From Candidatus Aenigmatarchaeota archaeon (GTDB taxonomy: Archaea > Aenigmatarchaeota > Aenigmatarchaeia > PWEA01 > JACQIF01), in contig CP066684.1 of the NCBI GenBank assembly GCA_016432325.1, positions 96,001 to 160,000 of the forward strand: a stretch of DNA of 64,000 nucleotides. Reading direction: 5' to 3'. The translations under genes were made by a program, and so were the position numbers. Of the stretch, positions 27,180 through 36,743 are shown in pieces. The stretch's first letter is position 1. Every line of letters begins with the position of its first letter. The notes beneath the pieces were generated by a model. It was not told the origin of the DNA, did not search any database, and worked only from the letters and a program-made list of their open reading frames with translations.

Positions 27180-27434
27180 ATGCCGGCCAAGAAGATAGGC
27201 TCTGCAGGACGCTTCGGTTCGCGCTACGGACGCAAACTGCGCAAGGACGTCTCTGATATTGAGGCCGTTCAGCGCGCTTTCCACGAATGTTCGTCGTGCC
27301 GCAAGGTCGCGGTCAAGCGCGTTGCGTTCGGAATCTGGCAGTGCCGCTCGTGCAATCGCAAGTTCGCCGGAGGCGCGTTCAAGCCTCAGGCCCATCCTTT
27401 CAAAGAGACGATACAGAAAGCGGCGGGTGCGTAA
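27180..27434 (+). CDS. rpl37ae: 50S ribosomal protein L37Ae (eL43)
   Basis: GRFGSRYG, CxxC...GIWQCxxC...FAGGA. Confidence 0.95.
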   Translation: MPAKKIGSAGRFGSRYGRKLRKDVSDIEAVQRAFHECSSCRKVAVKRVAFGIWQCRSCNRKFAGGAFKPQAHPFKETIQKAAGA

Positions 27435-27435
27435 T

Positions 27436-27576
27436 ATGCCTTACAAATGCCTTTCGTGCAGGAAAGAAATATCGACAGAAGACGTGAAGAAGCGCGTGCG
27501 CTGCCCGTACTGCGGCTACAGGATTCTCGTCAAGACGCGCGCGGCCGTGAAAACAGTGCACCTCAAGACTGGTTAG
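27436..27576 (+). CDS. rpoP: RNA polymerase subunit P (Rpo12)
   Basis: YKCLSC...RCPYCGYRILVK. Confidence 0.9.
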   Translation: MPYKCLSCRKEISTEDVKKRVRCPYCGYRILVKTRAAVKTVHLKTG

Positions 27577-28066
27577 CCTTCACGGTCAGCACCGCTTTCA
27601 AAACGCCTGACGACGGCCAATACGATTTTACTTCGAAGTCCGTGTCCATCTCGAATTCCGGAGAAGTCCACTCGCTCTGAGGCGGAACCTTCGGAGAATT
27701 GAACTTTGCGCTTTTGAAGTCCAGACCGCCATAATAAACGTCTTCGGTCGTCTTGAACTTTATTTTTGCCTTCGTCTGTGCTATCGTGATGCTCGAGATG
27801 CGCGTGCCGTCCTCCCTGTAGAAGCCGTTGTCGTCTGCGAGGACCGTGTACGTCACGGTCTCGGGAGGCTGTTGCTCCTGTTGGGTCCGATTCTGTTCCA
27901 CCAGAGGTTCCTGCGGCGTTGTGTTCTGCTGCGCGGTTTCGTTGGCCATTTCCTGCTGTTCTATCTCTCCAGCGGCGTCTTGCCGAGCCTCTTCGCTCGG
28001 CGTCTGGTAGCCGCCTGTGCAGCCTGCCACGAGAACCAGAAGTGCAATAAAGGCGAGCTTGTTCAT
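27563..28066 (-). CDS. Putative lipoprotein
   Basis: MNKLAFIALLVLVAGC lipobox; Q/E-rich linker; beta-sandwich-like C-terminus. Confidence 0.75.
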   Translation of the reverse strand: MNKLAFIALLVLVAGCTGGYQTPSEEARQDAAGEIEQQEMANETAQQNTTPQEPLVEQNRTQQEQQPPETVTYTVLADDNGFYREDGTRISSITIAQTKAKIKFKTTEDVYYGGLDFKSAKFNSPKVPPQSEWTSPEFEMDTDFEVKSYWPSSGVLKAVLTVKANQS

Positions 28067-28114
28067 ACGCCACGTTGGCAAGCCCTATATAAAAAACCCG
28101 CGCGTACCAAACGC

Positions 28115-28333
28115 ATGCGCGCGACACTTGAGATAAAGACGAAGCATCCGAAGGCCGTTCTGGAAGCGATAGCCGTGGACGAAGAGACGTCGAAGCGCGT
28201 TCGCATCAGGCCAGGCGCGAAGGACGGCGTGTTGCGCGTTGTCATAGAGGCCGACGACTTCTCTGCGTTGCGCGCCGGCGTGACGACTTACATGCGTTTG
28301 GCCAAGGCAGCGCTTGCGGGTCTGGGCGAGTGA
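28115..28333 (+). CDS. pcc1: KEOPS subunit Pcc1
   Basis: LRVVIEADDFSALRAGVTTYMRL; conserved position before pfdB. Confidence 0.85.
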   Translation: MRATLEIKTKHPKAVLEAIAVDEETSKRVRIRPGAKDGVLRVVIEADDFSALRAGVTTYMRLAKAALAGLGE

Positions 28334-28373
28334 TTTCCCGAACGTATAAATAGCTGCATATTCGTTTCGTTTT

Positions 28374-28439
28374 ATGCCAGAAATTTCCGAAACAAGTTTC
28401 GTCATTCCAGCCATGGGAGGTTTGAGACATGCCTGAAAT
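28374..28439 (+). repeat. 66-bp leader repeat, copy 2 (20-codon uORF 28374-28436)
   Basis: 64/66 identical to 23131-23196; TATAAATA at 28345. Confidence 0.9.
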
Positions 28440-28794
28440 TCCCCAGCAAGCGCAGCAGATGATAATGCAACTGCAGGCCGCGCAGCAGCAGTTGCAGGCG
28501 TTCGCCATGCAGAGGCAGTCGCTCACCATGCAGAAGCACGAGATTGAAAAGGCGACAGAAGAACTCACGAGCGCGAACGACAAGGAAGACGTCTACAAGC
28601 TATCCGGTCCCATAATGGTCCGTTCGACAAAATCAAAACTTCTGGACGAACTCAAGGAGCGCATAGCAAAGATAGATTCCGGAATCAAGCGGCTTGAAGA
28701 CCACGAGAAGAAGATAGCCGAAAAGGCGCAGGAGAACCAGACCAAGCTCGAAAAGATGTTTGCCCCGCCTGAAACCAAGGGACAGGCCGGTTAG
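28429..28794 (+). CDS. pfdB: Prefoldin beta subunit
   Basis: QQQLQ...VYKLSGPIMV coiled-coil/hairpin; superoperon position. Confidence 0.93.
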   Translation: MPEIPQQAQQMIMQLQAAQQQLQAFAMQRQSLTMQKHEIEKATEELTSANDKEDVYKLSGPIMVRSTKSKLLDELKERIAKIDSGIKRLEDHEKKIAEKAQENQTKLEKMFAPPETKGQAG

Positions 28795-28835
28795 GCGCCC
28801 GATTTGTTTATTAATAAACCCGGACCATTCTAACC

Positions 28836-29177
28836 ATGGCTCTCGTGCTGGACCCGCTGACGCTGGGCGACACTCTCTCGGCGATAATACTGATAATCGC
28901 GGCCGTCATAAACTGGAAAGTATTCCACATGTACTACAAGTCTGCGGTAAAGCCGAAGGGCAGGTACTTCCTGACCCTCGGGCTTCTGCTGTTTGCCATA
29001 CTCAACCAGGGCGTCGCAGTCATACTGGTTTACAGCGGACTCGTCACCATAGAACTGACAAACACGAACCAGGCCGCTTACATAGTCTTCGTGCTGCTCA
29101 AGTCGGTGGGACCGATAGTGATATTTTACGCGAGCCTCCTGATGTATCAGGAAGCGAAGAGGCTTATCGTGGTCTAG
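28836..29177 (+). CDS. Small membrane protein
   Basis: Three hydrophobic helices. Confidence 0.6.
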   Translation: MALVLDPLTLGDTLSAIILIIAAVINWKVFHMYYKSAVKPKGRYFLTLGLLLFAILNQGVAVILVYSGLVTIELTNTNQAAYIVFVLLKSVGPIVIFYASLLMYQEAKRLIVV

Positions 29178-29545
29178 CCGCTCAGCAGCGCATAGTATTT
29201 CTCGACGGCACGACGGTCTATCTTCTTGTCGAAGAACGCGTGCGGCCGCGTCGCTCCGGAAAAAGTCTTGGGGATGTGGAGAAGTTCGTGTATCAGCGTC
29301 TTTGTCTGTTCCTCGAAGGACTGCTTGTCGAAATGTTCTGACAGCACTTCGATCACGTAGTGCGGACGCACGGCAAGCGCCTTCTGCCACACGCGCGGCA
29401 AAGACCATATCCGCGCGTACGCGCGCGCTTTCGAGCCGTGCGAACGGAAGCACTTGATGCGGAAGGGGTCCACGTGCTTCAGGTCGAGACGGTTCACAAG
29501 AGTATGCACGCGCGCTTCTATGTCCTCTGCTTTTTCGAATCTCAC
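29174..29545 (-). CDS. Putative zinc metallopeptidase
   Basis: YVIEVLSEHFD...TLIHELLHIP (HExxH). Confidence 0.8.
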   Translation of the reverse strand: MRFEKAEDIEARVHTLVNRLDLKHVDPFRIKCFRSHGSKARAYARIWSLPRVWQKALAVRPHYVIEVLSEHFDKQSFEEQTKTLIHELLHIPKTFSGATRPHAFFDKKIDRRAVEKYYALLSG

Positions 29546-30138
29546 AGTATCTCCTCCGCTATTTCGAGCAGCCCGCGCAGGCTGTCTATGGCGTAGTCGG
29601 CCTTGTATTCGTTCTTCTCGGGTTCGACGAGATGGAACACCGTTGTCATTCCAAGGTCTTTCGCGGTTTCAAGATTCTCCTGCCTGTCGTCCACGAAAAC
29701 GCATTCGCTGGCGTTGACGCCTAGGGCCGCGCATGCCTTTCTGTAAATCGCAGCGTCCGGTTTCGCGCTCTTCACCTCCTCGCTGATTACCACGGCTTCG
29801 AACGCGTCCGCAATGCCGAAGCGCTTCAGCAGGGAGCGCAGGAGGAACGCGTCCGCGTTGGAGACGATGGCTATCGCATAGTTCTTCTTCAGCTCTTCAT
29901 GGACTGCTTTGAAGTCCGCGTCGAGTTTGAAGGTTTCGATGAGTCTCTGTTCGATACGCGCGTGGTCTTTGACGCCCATCTTTTTCCAGAACGCCTCGCG
30001 CGTGAGCTCGCCGCGCTCGTACGACTGGTAAATGGGCCTCACGCCGGCCATGTCCTTCTTCAGGAAAGCCGCGATCGTGTTTGTTATGTAGCGGGGCTGC
30101 GCTATCACTCCGAAGAAGTCCAGCAGGATCGCTTGCAT
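29542..30138 (-). CDS. HAD-superfamily hydrolase
   Basis: LLDFFGVI, IVSN, KPDAAIY and FVDD..EN motifs. Confidence 0.88.
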   Translation of the reverse strand: MQAILLDFFGVIAQPRYITNTIAAFLKKDMAGVRPIYQSYERGELTREAFWKKMGVKDHARIEQRLIETFKLDADFKAVHEELKKNYAIAIVSNADAFLLRSLLKRFGIADAFEAVVISEEVKSAKPDAAIYRKACAALGVNASECVFVDDRQENLETAKDLGMTTVFHLVEPEKNEYKADYAIDSLRGLLEIAEEIL

Positions 30139-30170
30139 ACGCGTGTTTCCGCGCGCGAGGATAAATCCGT

Positions 30171-31178
30171 TTAGTCGTGCACGAGAGGCGCAATCTTGCG
30201 CGGTTCAAAGCCGTTGCCGTTGGTGGTGTCCTTGTGTCTAATTTCCACCCACCCCGCGACGCGCTCGGCAATAGCATCTGGAGTGAAGCCGGCCTTGCGG
30301 TACAGGTCTTTCGGCGAGCCGGTCTCCCCCTTCTCGGCCCCTATTCTGCGCATGTGGGTCGGATACCTCTCCGAAAGCACGTCAGATACACTGCTCCCCA
30401 GCCCGCCGTCTATGCTGTGGTCTTCTGCTGTTACGACAAGACCGGTCTTCCTTGCATACTGTTCGATAAGCAAAGAGTCTATCGGTTTTATGGACGAGAT
30501 GTTTATCACCGCCGCACTCACGCCAGATCCCTCCAGCAGTGCTGCGGCTCCCAGCGACGGTTCTATCAGCGCCCCATAGCTCATTATCGCTACGTCGTCG
30601 CCGTCGCGAAGCACCTCGCCCTTTCCTATAGACCATTCCCAGTTGTCGTCGTGCAACGTCAATACTTCTGCGCGGGTCATGCTCATCGTCGCGGGTCCCG
30701 CGTATTTCGGGTCTTTTACGTTTGCGAGTTTGACTGTCATCTGTTTCGCTTCAACCCAGTCCGCCGGGCATAACACGGTGTCCGAGATCGCCTTGTTGTA
30801 TGATAGATAGTTGAGAACCTGGTTGCTCACGCCGTCTTGTCCGACCTGCAAGCCGACATGGCTGCCTACCTTGCAGACGTTGAGCTTCGCGCGCCTGACT
30901 ATCTGTTCGAACGGTTCGGCGGCGAGTTTGGAGAATCCCTCGAAGGTGGCGTAATAGACGCGTTCGCCTGTACGATGCGCCGCACCAGCCGCCATTGTGA
31001 CGCTGTCCTGTTCCGCTATGCCCGCATCAACGATGCGCCGCGGGTACTGTGCAGCGAAGTCCGCGAGGGACATGGAATTGCCAAGGTCCGATACGTAAAC
31101 GCGGATATTGTGCGTCTTGGCCGCTTCCACAGCGCCCCGACCGAGGCCGCTTCTCATCGATTCGTGCTGGCCCTTCAT
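30171..31178 (-). CDS. Transketolase, C-terminal subunit
   Basis: DAGIAEQ, GQDGVSNQ, SIKPID and TAEDHSIDGGLGS motifs. Confidence 0.9.
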   Translation of the reverse strand: MKGQHESMRSGLGRGAVEAAKTHNIRVYVSDLGNSMSLADFAAQYPRRIVDAGIAEQDSVTMAAGAAHRTGERVYYATFEGFSKLAAEPFEQIVRRAKLNVCKVGSHVGLQVGQDGVSNQVLNYLSYNKAISDTVLCPADWVEAKQMTVKLANVKDPKYAGPATMSMTRAEVLTLHDDNWEWSIGKGEVLRDGDDVAIMSYGALIEPSLGAAALLEGSGVSAAVINISSIKPIDSLLIEQYARKTGLVVTAEDHSIDGGLGSSVSDVLSERYPTHMRRIGAEKGETGSPKDLYRKAGFTPDAIAERVAGWVEIRHKDTTNGNGFEPRKIAPLVHD

Positions 31179-31372
31179 GCGCGACTCCCTCCTTCTCCGC
31201 GCTGCACGGGAACCGCAGTCCCCGGCATTTTCGAACAGCGGTTCGAAACTTTACGAATAGCTATTCGTAAACTTGCGACCGCGTCGCAAGAGTTCGACCG
31301 AAGGCCGAACATGTCGGGAAGCTCCACTTCCCGTACAGGGAAGGATGAAACCGCGTGTTTCGTGCCCTTCAT
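31175..31372 (-). repeat. Multi-hairpin element (31202-31338) traversed by a 65-aa ORF coupled to both transketolase genes
   Basis: Six hairpins; 23-nt identity with the 7684-7772 element; ATGA overlaps at both ends; starts MKG like the downstream gene. Confidence 0.75.
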
Positions 31373-32376
31373 AGTATCCCCTTGTTGACAAGCCGCCTGC
31401 GGAACTTCTCCTTACCGATATTGGTTTCTATCATGGCCTCTTCCATCTCCCTGTCGTCCAGACAGCGGCCGTGATATTTCGCGCCGCCCTTCTGCATGAA
31501 TCTGACGCCGCTTCCTTTGATCGTATTGGCGACTATTGCTTTCGGTCCTTTCTCGCGCACCCACGCCCAATCCAGCGCGTGCTTTATCTCGCCGTAGTTA
31601 TGGCCGTTTATCTGCATAGTCCTCCAGCCGAATGAGTCGAGTTTCATGTCCAACGGCTCCATATCCTTCGTGCGCCGCGTGAAGTCATCGTTCTGCGCTC
31701 CGTTCTTGTCTACCCATAGAATCGTTTCGAGCTTGTAGTGCGCGGCTGTCGCGACGGCTTCCCACACCTGTCCCTCATTCATCTCGCCATCTCCGACGAT
31801 TGCGATGACGTGCGGTCTCTTCATGGGATTTTTGATTTCGTCGCGCAGAGTGTGCTCAATGCCGTTCGCGAACGAAAGACCCTTGCCCAGACTGCCCGAC
31901 GGGAACTCGACTCCGGGCGTGGTCGTGTCGGCGTGGCCCGGCAATCCCCCGAGGGTGCGGAATGTAGGAAGAGAGCCATAGGGAATGTATCCCTGATGCG
32001 CGAGTTCGGCGTCTAATGCCGGCGAGCAGTGTCCCTTGCTGTAAATCAGATAGTCGCGGCCGTTCCACGTCGGTTCCTGCGGCCTGTGAGCCAGTTTGTG
32101 GTTGTACATCACTTCCAGCGCGTCTATCGCGGACATCGAGCCGCCCGGGTGCCCGGAACCCGCGACCTTGGTCATCCAGAGAATTTCCTGCCTGTGTACG
32201 GTTGCATTGTACCCGAGGATGTCGGGGTCAAACATATTGCGGTCTACGGGAAGAGGCCTCTCGAGCCTTGGAAAAGCAATCGCTGCAGCTGCCACAAACC
32301 CCACGCGCCGATTGCCGCGCGAAAGAATATATCCTTTTGTTTTGTCGAGGCGCTTAAAAATATGAGAGTTCTTCAT
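31369..32376 (-). CDS. Transketolase, N-terminal subunit (true start may be later)
   Basis: SGHPGGSMS, SKGH, GSLGKG, GDGEMNEG (TPP motif) and TIKG. Confidence 0.9.
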   Translation of the reverse strand: MKNSHIFKRLDKTKGYILSRGNRRVGFVAAAAIAFPRLERPLPVDRNMFDPDILGYNATVHRQEILWMTKVAGSGHPGGSMSAIDALEVMYNHKLAHRPQEPTWNGRDYLIYSKGHCSPALDAELAHQGYIPYGSLPTFRTLGGLPGHADTTTPGVEFPSGSLGKGLSFANGIEHTLRDEIKNPMKRPHVIAIVGDGEMNEGQVWEAVATAAHYKLETILWVDKNGAQNDDFTRRTKDMEPLDMKLDSFGWRTMQINGHNYGEIKHALDWAWVREKGPKAIVANTIKGSGVRFMQKGGAKYHGRCLDDREMEEAMIETNIGKEKFRRRLVNKGIL

Positions 32377-32381
32377 AGATT

Positions 32382-33026
32382 ATGGACTATACGGATGCGC
32401 AGGAAGCGCTCATCGCGCACATGCAGGACACTGGCGCTTTAACGTCCGGGGCGGTGGAAACGGCAATTCGTGCGATGCCGCGCCACCTTTTCGTTCCGCC
32501 GGCGTACGCGCGGCACGCGTACATGGACGAGCCGATGCCTCTTGCGCATGGCCAGACCATATCCCAGCCGTCCACGGTCGTTGTGATGACGGAAGCCCTG
32601 CGCGTGAAACCGGGCCAGCGCGTGCTTGAGATAGGAACGGGTTCGGGCTGGCAGGCCGCCCTAATATCATATATTGTGGGCGTGAAGGGCAGCGTGATTA
32701 CAATAGAGCGCTTTGCCGAGCTGGCCCGCGAAGCGAAACAGAACCTCAGGAACGCGCGAGTCGAGAACGTCGACGTGCGCGTCGGCGACGGCACTCTCGG
32801 CGTTCGGGGCGAGAAGTTCGACGGCATAATCGTAACAGCAGCAGCGCCTTTTGTTCCCAAACCGCTCGAACAACAGCTGAAAACAGGCGGCCGGTTGGTG
32901 ATACCCATGGGAAAAGTCGTGCAGGAGATGTTCGTGTTTATAAAGACCAAAAAGGGACTGGAACAAGCGGACGTTTTGGGCCAGTTCCGTTTCGTTCCTC
33001 TGGTGGGAAAATATGGATTTCAATAG
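32382..33026 (+). CDS. pcm: Protein-L-isoaspartate O-methyltransferase
   Basis: GQTISQP, VLEIGTGSGW and FRFVPLVG motifs. Confidence 0.95.
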   Translation: MDYTDAQEALIAHMQDTGALTSGAVETAIRAMPRHLFVPPAYARHAYMDEPMPLAHGQTISQPSTVVVMTEALRVKPGQRVLEIGTGSGWQAALISYIVGVKGSVITIERFAELAREAKQNLRNARVENVDVRVGDGTLGVRGEKFDGIIVTAAAPFVPKPLEQQLKTGGRLVIPMGKVVQEMFVFIKTKKGLEQADVLGQFRFVPLVGKYGFQ

Positions 33027-33372
33027 CGTTCAGAAAAGAAAATTGGCGTTCGTCCTGTGGACGCTCTTCATCGCCGTCGTTACGCTCACGCCTCTGCCTG
33101 CGGGAGGGCCGGCCGCGCCGGCGACGCAAGTCGACAAGATAGCTCATTTCGCCCTCTTCTTCATCTTCGCGTTCCTCGCCGCACGCATCCGCGGCGCGCG
33201 CACGTGGGAAAACTACCTCCTGATAATCGCGGCCGCGGTGGCTTACGGAGGCCTTATAGAATATCTGCAGTTGTACGTTCCAGGACGCGAGTCGGACATG
33301 CTCGATATCGTCGCGGACGCGCTGGGCGCGCTTTCGTTGTGCATAATGGCGCCAACGGTGTTGAAAAAATAA
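33013..33372 (+). CDS. VanZ-family membrane protein
   Basis: DKIAHF, IEYLQLYVPGR and D..AD.LG motifs. Confidence 0.85.
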   Translation: MDFNSVQKRKLAFVLWTLFIAVVTLTPLPAGGPAAPATQVDKIAHFALFFIFAFLAARIRGARTWENYLLIIAAAVAYGGLIEYLQLYVPGRESDMLDIVADALGALSLCIMAPTVLKK

Positions 33373-33534
33373 TGGAAGAGGGATATGTTCCGGCGCAGTG
33401 GAACGTTTCGCCCGCGCAAGAGGTTTCCTGAAACGTTTCTCCGTCATTGTAAAGTAATCACACGTCGTCAAAAACTTTTATATACCACATTGTCGCACTG
33501 ATACGCAATAGTTGTTTTCGAGGGTGCTGTCCGA

Positions 33535-36099
33535 ATGGGATTCTTGTCTGAAAAGGGCGAACAACTGGCCGTTGGCGCCGTTTTCGTATTGGCCCTCATG
33601 CTGTCGCTGACGATATTCCTGGGCGCGCAACCCGCCGAGGCTGCTCACCTGAACCAGCCAAACGCCACAGTGGCCTTTGGCAACAACACGTCGCAGTTGC
33701 TCGAATCCCCGTGGGGCTTCCAGAACCTCGTGCCGGGAGGCGCCAACACTACATACAGCCCAAGTTCTGCAAGAACGTACGTCTTCAACGTCAGCGTGGG
33801 CAACACCACGCCAGGTAGCAACGTGAGCGTCGACAACACATCAATCATATTCCAGCTCTGCGGTCCCAGCACCTCGTGCGGGAACTTCTCCTCGGGCAGC
33901 ACTCCGTTCCCATCAAACATAACGAAGGCAAACGCAAGCGCAGACGATCTTTCAGGAGGCACGATGGTCAACTTCTCCATCTCCTTCACGCAGTCACAGC
34001 TCGGCCGCGCAGGAACGTACAACTACACGTGGTACGTCCGAGCGACAGGCGACACGACAGCCAACAGCTCTAACGTAGACAACAGTCTCGGCAACGCCGT
34101 GGTCTTCGTCATATCCAAGAACTCCACGATAGCCAATAATACCTTCGTCTTTGTCAACACCAGCACAGTCAACCACAACCGCAATTACCCCAACTTCACG
34201 TATCCGAATACCACTGTAATAGGACTGGTCGGCAACAGCACGGCAGGCTTCAGCGCCAACGACGGCGTTAACGACACGCAGTTCGAGCTCTGGTACGTCA
34301 ACACCAGCAACGTCACCCAAGGGTTCAGAATCAACACGGCCAACGCGACAAGCGGGATACAGAACCTCACGGCCAACACAAACCTCGGCAATTCCACGTA
34401 CTACATAGTCTACAACTTCACCGGCGGCCAGAACTACACCAGCAACGCCACGAACAACATATCCATAGGAGTGCTCAAAGGCACCTTGGCGCTCAACACG
34501 ACGCTGAACGATGTGCCGGCCAACGCGACAGTGTCATATCCGGGAGCCACGACGGTGGTGGCCTTCGCCAACTCTACATCCGGTATGACAGACCTTACGT
34601 TCACTCTCCACGCGGTCAACATAACGACAAGCACTGCCATCCTCCTCAATAATACAGGTACTGGAGACCCCTCATCTGCAGGGTTCGCCACGGGAGCGGT
34701 AGCATATTACAACGCCTTGCCCCTTGGATTCGGCAACTACACGTTCCATTACAACACGACAGGTGGAGGCAACTGGTCCAGCGCGTCCAACTCCACGCTG
34801 AACACGACAGTGTTCCAAGGAGCCACCACAGTCATTATCAACCTCAACAACACATTCAGTGGGCGCCAATATGACATGGGCGACATAATAGGACAGAACG
34901 TGCAGTCCAACACAACGAGCGGGCCCGGACCATCTCCAACGGTCACTCTCTATAACAACTTCAGCGGCACTAACAAGACGGTGGCATCCGGAGTCGGGAC
35001 CGCCAACGCTTCCAACGTAACGGACACGAGCAAACCGACGATAACGGTCAGCCTGTCAGACTCCACGATTACGGTCAGGGAGAAGCAGACGATCACGTGC
35101 AGCGCAACCGATATCGGCGACATCGCCGTCGGCAACTACACGGTGTTTGCCAATACTACGGCAACCCTCAACTACACGGGATCCGCGCTCATCGAGGTGC
35201 CTGTGAAGGTGCAGATACTTTCACCGACGACGAGCGTGGTTATCACCAAGCCCGGTGGCGGTACGGTCTCTGCCTCGTGCGGCGACACCATCCTAGGCGA
35301 GTCCACCAACGAAGCCGGCACATATACCGTCAAAGTTACGGCCAAGGACAAGGCCCTGAACAGTGCAGACAAGTCCGTTACATTCGAGGCTGAAAAGGCA
35401 GGCGACGGCGGAACAAGCGGCGGTGGCGGTAGCAGCGGCGGCGGAAGCAGCGGCGGCGGAGCCGAGGTAACTAAGGAAGAGAACAAGATAACAATCATAA
35501 CCCCGGGCGCGGCCGCGATAACCAAGTTCACGGACGAGGAGCTCGGAATAAAGGAGATAACCATCTCTGTCCAGAACGAGGTTAAGGACATCACGATAAC
35601 CGTGACAAAGCTCGAGGGACAGCCCGCGTCCATAACCAAGACCGTGACGGAAACGGGCAAAGTCTTCAAGTACATGGACATCAAGGCCACGAACCTCGCA
35701 GCAGCAGACATAGACACGGTCAAGATCAAGTTCGCCGTCACAAAGGCGTGGCTGACAGCCAACAACATAGACGAGGGTAAGGTTTCCCTGTACAGATACA
35801 CGACCAACTGGGACAAGCTCACAACGGCAAAGGCCAGCGAGGACGCTGGCAATGTCTACTACAATGCAGACACGCCGGGCTTCTCAACCTTCGCGATAGG
35901 CGGAGAAGAAATCGCGGCATCTCCGGAGCAGCCACAGCCTGAACAGCCAACACAAGAGACAACGACAACAACCGCGCCATCCGGCGGCAACATCCTAGTC
36001 TGGATAGCGCTGGTGATTATCGTGATTGCGGCTGTTGTCTACTGGAAGAAGGACATGCTAACGGGCGGCAAGAAGGGATTTTCCTACAAGAAGAAGTAG
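33535..36099 (+). CDS. Large surface (S-layer-like) glycoprotein with PGF-pre-PGF domain
   Basis: Signal peptide; very dense N-x-S/T sequons; Gly/Ser linker; TPGFSTFAI; Thr-rich spacer, C-terminal TM and Lys tail. Confidence 0.8.
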   Translation: MGFLSEKGEQLAVGAVFVLALMLSLTIFLGAQPAEAAHLNQPNATVAFGNNTSQLLESPWGFQNLVPGGANTTYSPSSARTYVFNVSVGNTTPGSNVSVDNTSIIFQLCGPSTSCGNFSSGSTPFPSNITKANASADDLSGGTMVNFSISFTQSQLGRAGTYNYTWYVRATGDTTANSSNVDNSLGNAVVFVISKNSTIANNTFVFVNTSTVNHNRNYPNFTYPNTTVIGLVGNSTAGFSANDGVNDTQFELWYVNTSNVTQGFRINTANATSGIQNLTANTNLGNSTYYIVYNFTGGQNYTSNATNNISIGVLKGTLALNTTLNDVPANATVSYPGATTVVAFANSTSGMTDLTFTLHAVNITTSTAILLNNTGTGDPSSAGFATGAVAYYNALPLGFGNYTFHYNTTGGGNWSSASNSTLNTTVFQGATTVIINLNNTFSGRQYDMGDIIGQNVQSNTTSGPGPSPTVTLYNNFSGTNKTVASGVGTANASNVTDTSKPTITVSLSDSTITVREKQTITCSATDIGDIAVGNYTVFANTTATLNYTGSALIEVPVKVQILSPTTSVVITKPGGGTVSASCGDTILGESTNEAGTYTVKVTAKDKALNSADKSVTFEAEKAGDGGTSGGGGSSGGGSSGGGAEVTKEENKITIITPGAAAITKFTDEELGIKEITISVQNEVKDITITVTKLEGQPASITKTVTETGKVFKYMDIKATNLAAADIDTVKIKFAVTKAWLTANNIDEGKVSLYRYTTNWDKLTTAKASEDAGNVYYNADTPGFSTFAIGGEEIAASPEQPQPEQPTQETTTTTAPSGGNILVWIALVIIVIAAVVYWKKDMLTGGKKGFSYKKK

Positions 36100-36110
36100 T
36101 TGCGCCTTAG

Positions 36111-36743
36111 TTATTTTTTAATCCAGTCCTTAAGCTCTTTCAGGATGTTCTCCGCGCCTTCGTTGTCCACGATCTCCCAAGCGCGTTTGTATGGAGGGTC
36201 CTTGGCGTCCCTTGATTTCAGAGAGACCAACGCATCTTCCCCGAACGTCTGGGGCAGAACGATTGCGAGAGCGGCGTGAACGGGGATGTGGTTTCTCGTC
36301 ATCACGTCCTCGCCTGCGTAGCGTTCGTGAAACGTCTTCCAGTAGTCTCGAAGACGGCCTGGCCCCTCGTACATCAGGTTCACGTGCGCAAGCTCGTGAA
36401 CAAGCGTAAGCACGGCTCTGGAAGGCTCGGTCTTGCCCTCATGCGTTGTCAGGGTTAACGGATATCCAAAACCGTTGACCGCGTAGTTGACGACGAAACA
36501 GGTAACGGCGTCGTCCTTCCACGGCAGCCCGGTCGCCCGCTCTATTCCCTCTATGACCGCCCTTTCCTTCGGTTCCCATATCTCATACAGCTTGCGGGTG
36601 AAACCGAACGCCTGCGTTTTCGACAGCTCTCTGTCGAACGGTTTTACAGAAGGGTCGCGCGTATAGTGGCCGAAGCGGGCCCTGTAGAACGAACTGTCAT
36701 ACGGAGCAGAATAGACGAAATCCACCTTCACTTTTTCACCCAC
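36111..36743 (-). CDS. Hypothetical zincin-like protein
   Basis: TLVHELAH motif plus a downstream His. Confidence 0.6.
   Translation of the reverse strand: MGEKVKVDFVYSAPYDSSFYRARFGHYTRDPSVKPFDRELSKTQAFGFTRKLYEIWEPKERAVIEGIERATGLPWKDDAVTCFVVNYAVNGFGYPLTLTTHEGKTEPSRAVLTLVHELAHVNLMYEGPGRLRDYWKTFHERYAGEDVMTRNHIPVHAALAIVLPQTFGEDALVSLKSRDAKDPPYKRAWEIVDNEGAENILKELKDWIKK

Noticed and set aside
31202-31338. tRNA or tRNA fragment (GGTTCGAA, cloverleaf-like branching)
   Set aside because: GTTCGAA lies in a stem rather than a T-loop; no acceptor, D or anticodon arm geometry
33372-33450. Another leader element (19-aa ORF after vanZ, GAAACGTTTC)
   Set aside because: Stops about 100 nt before the next gene with a TATA box in between, and no start duplication; left out of the family count
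35401-35460. GGC-rich low-complexity repeat
   Set aside because: Encodes the Gly/Ser linker of the surface protein
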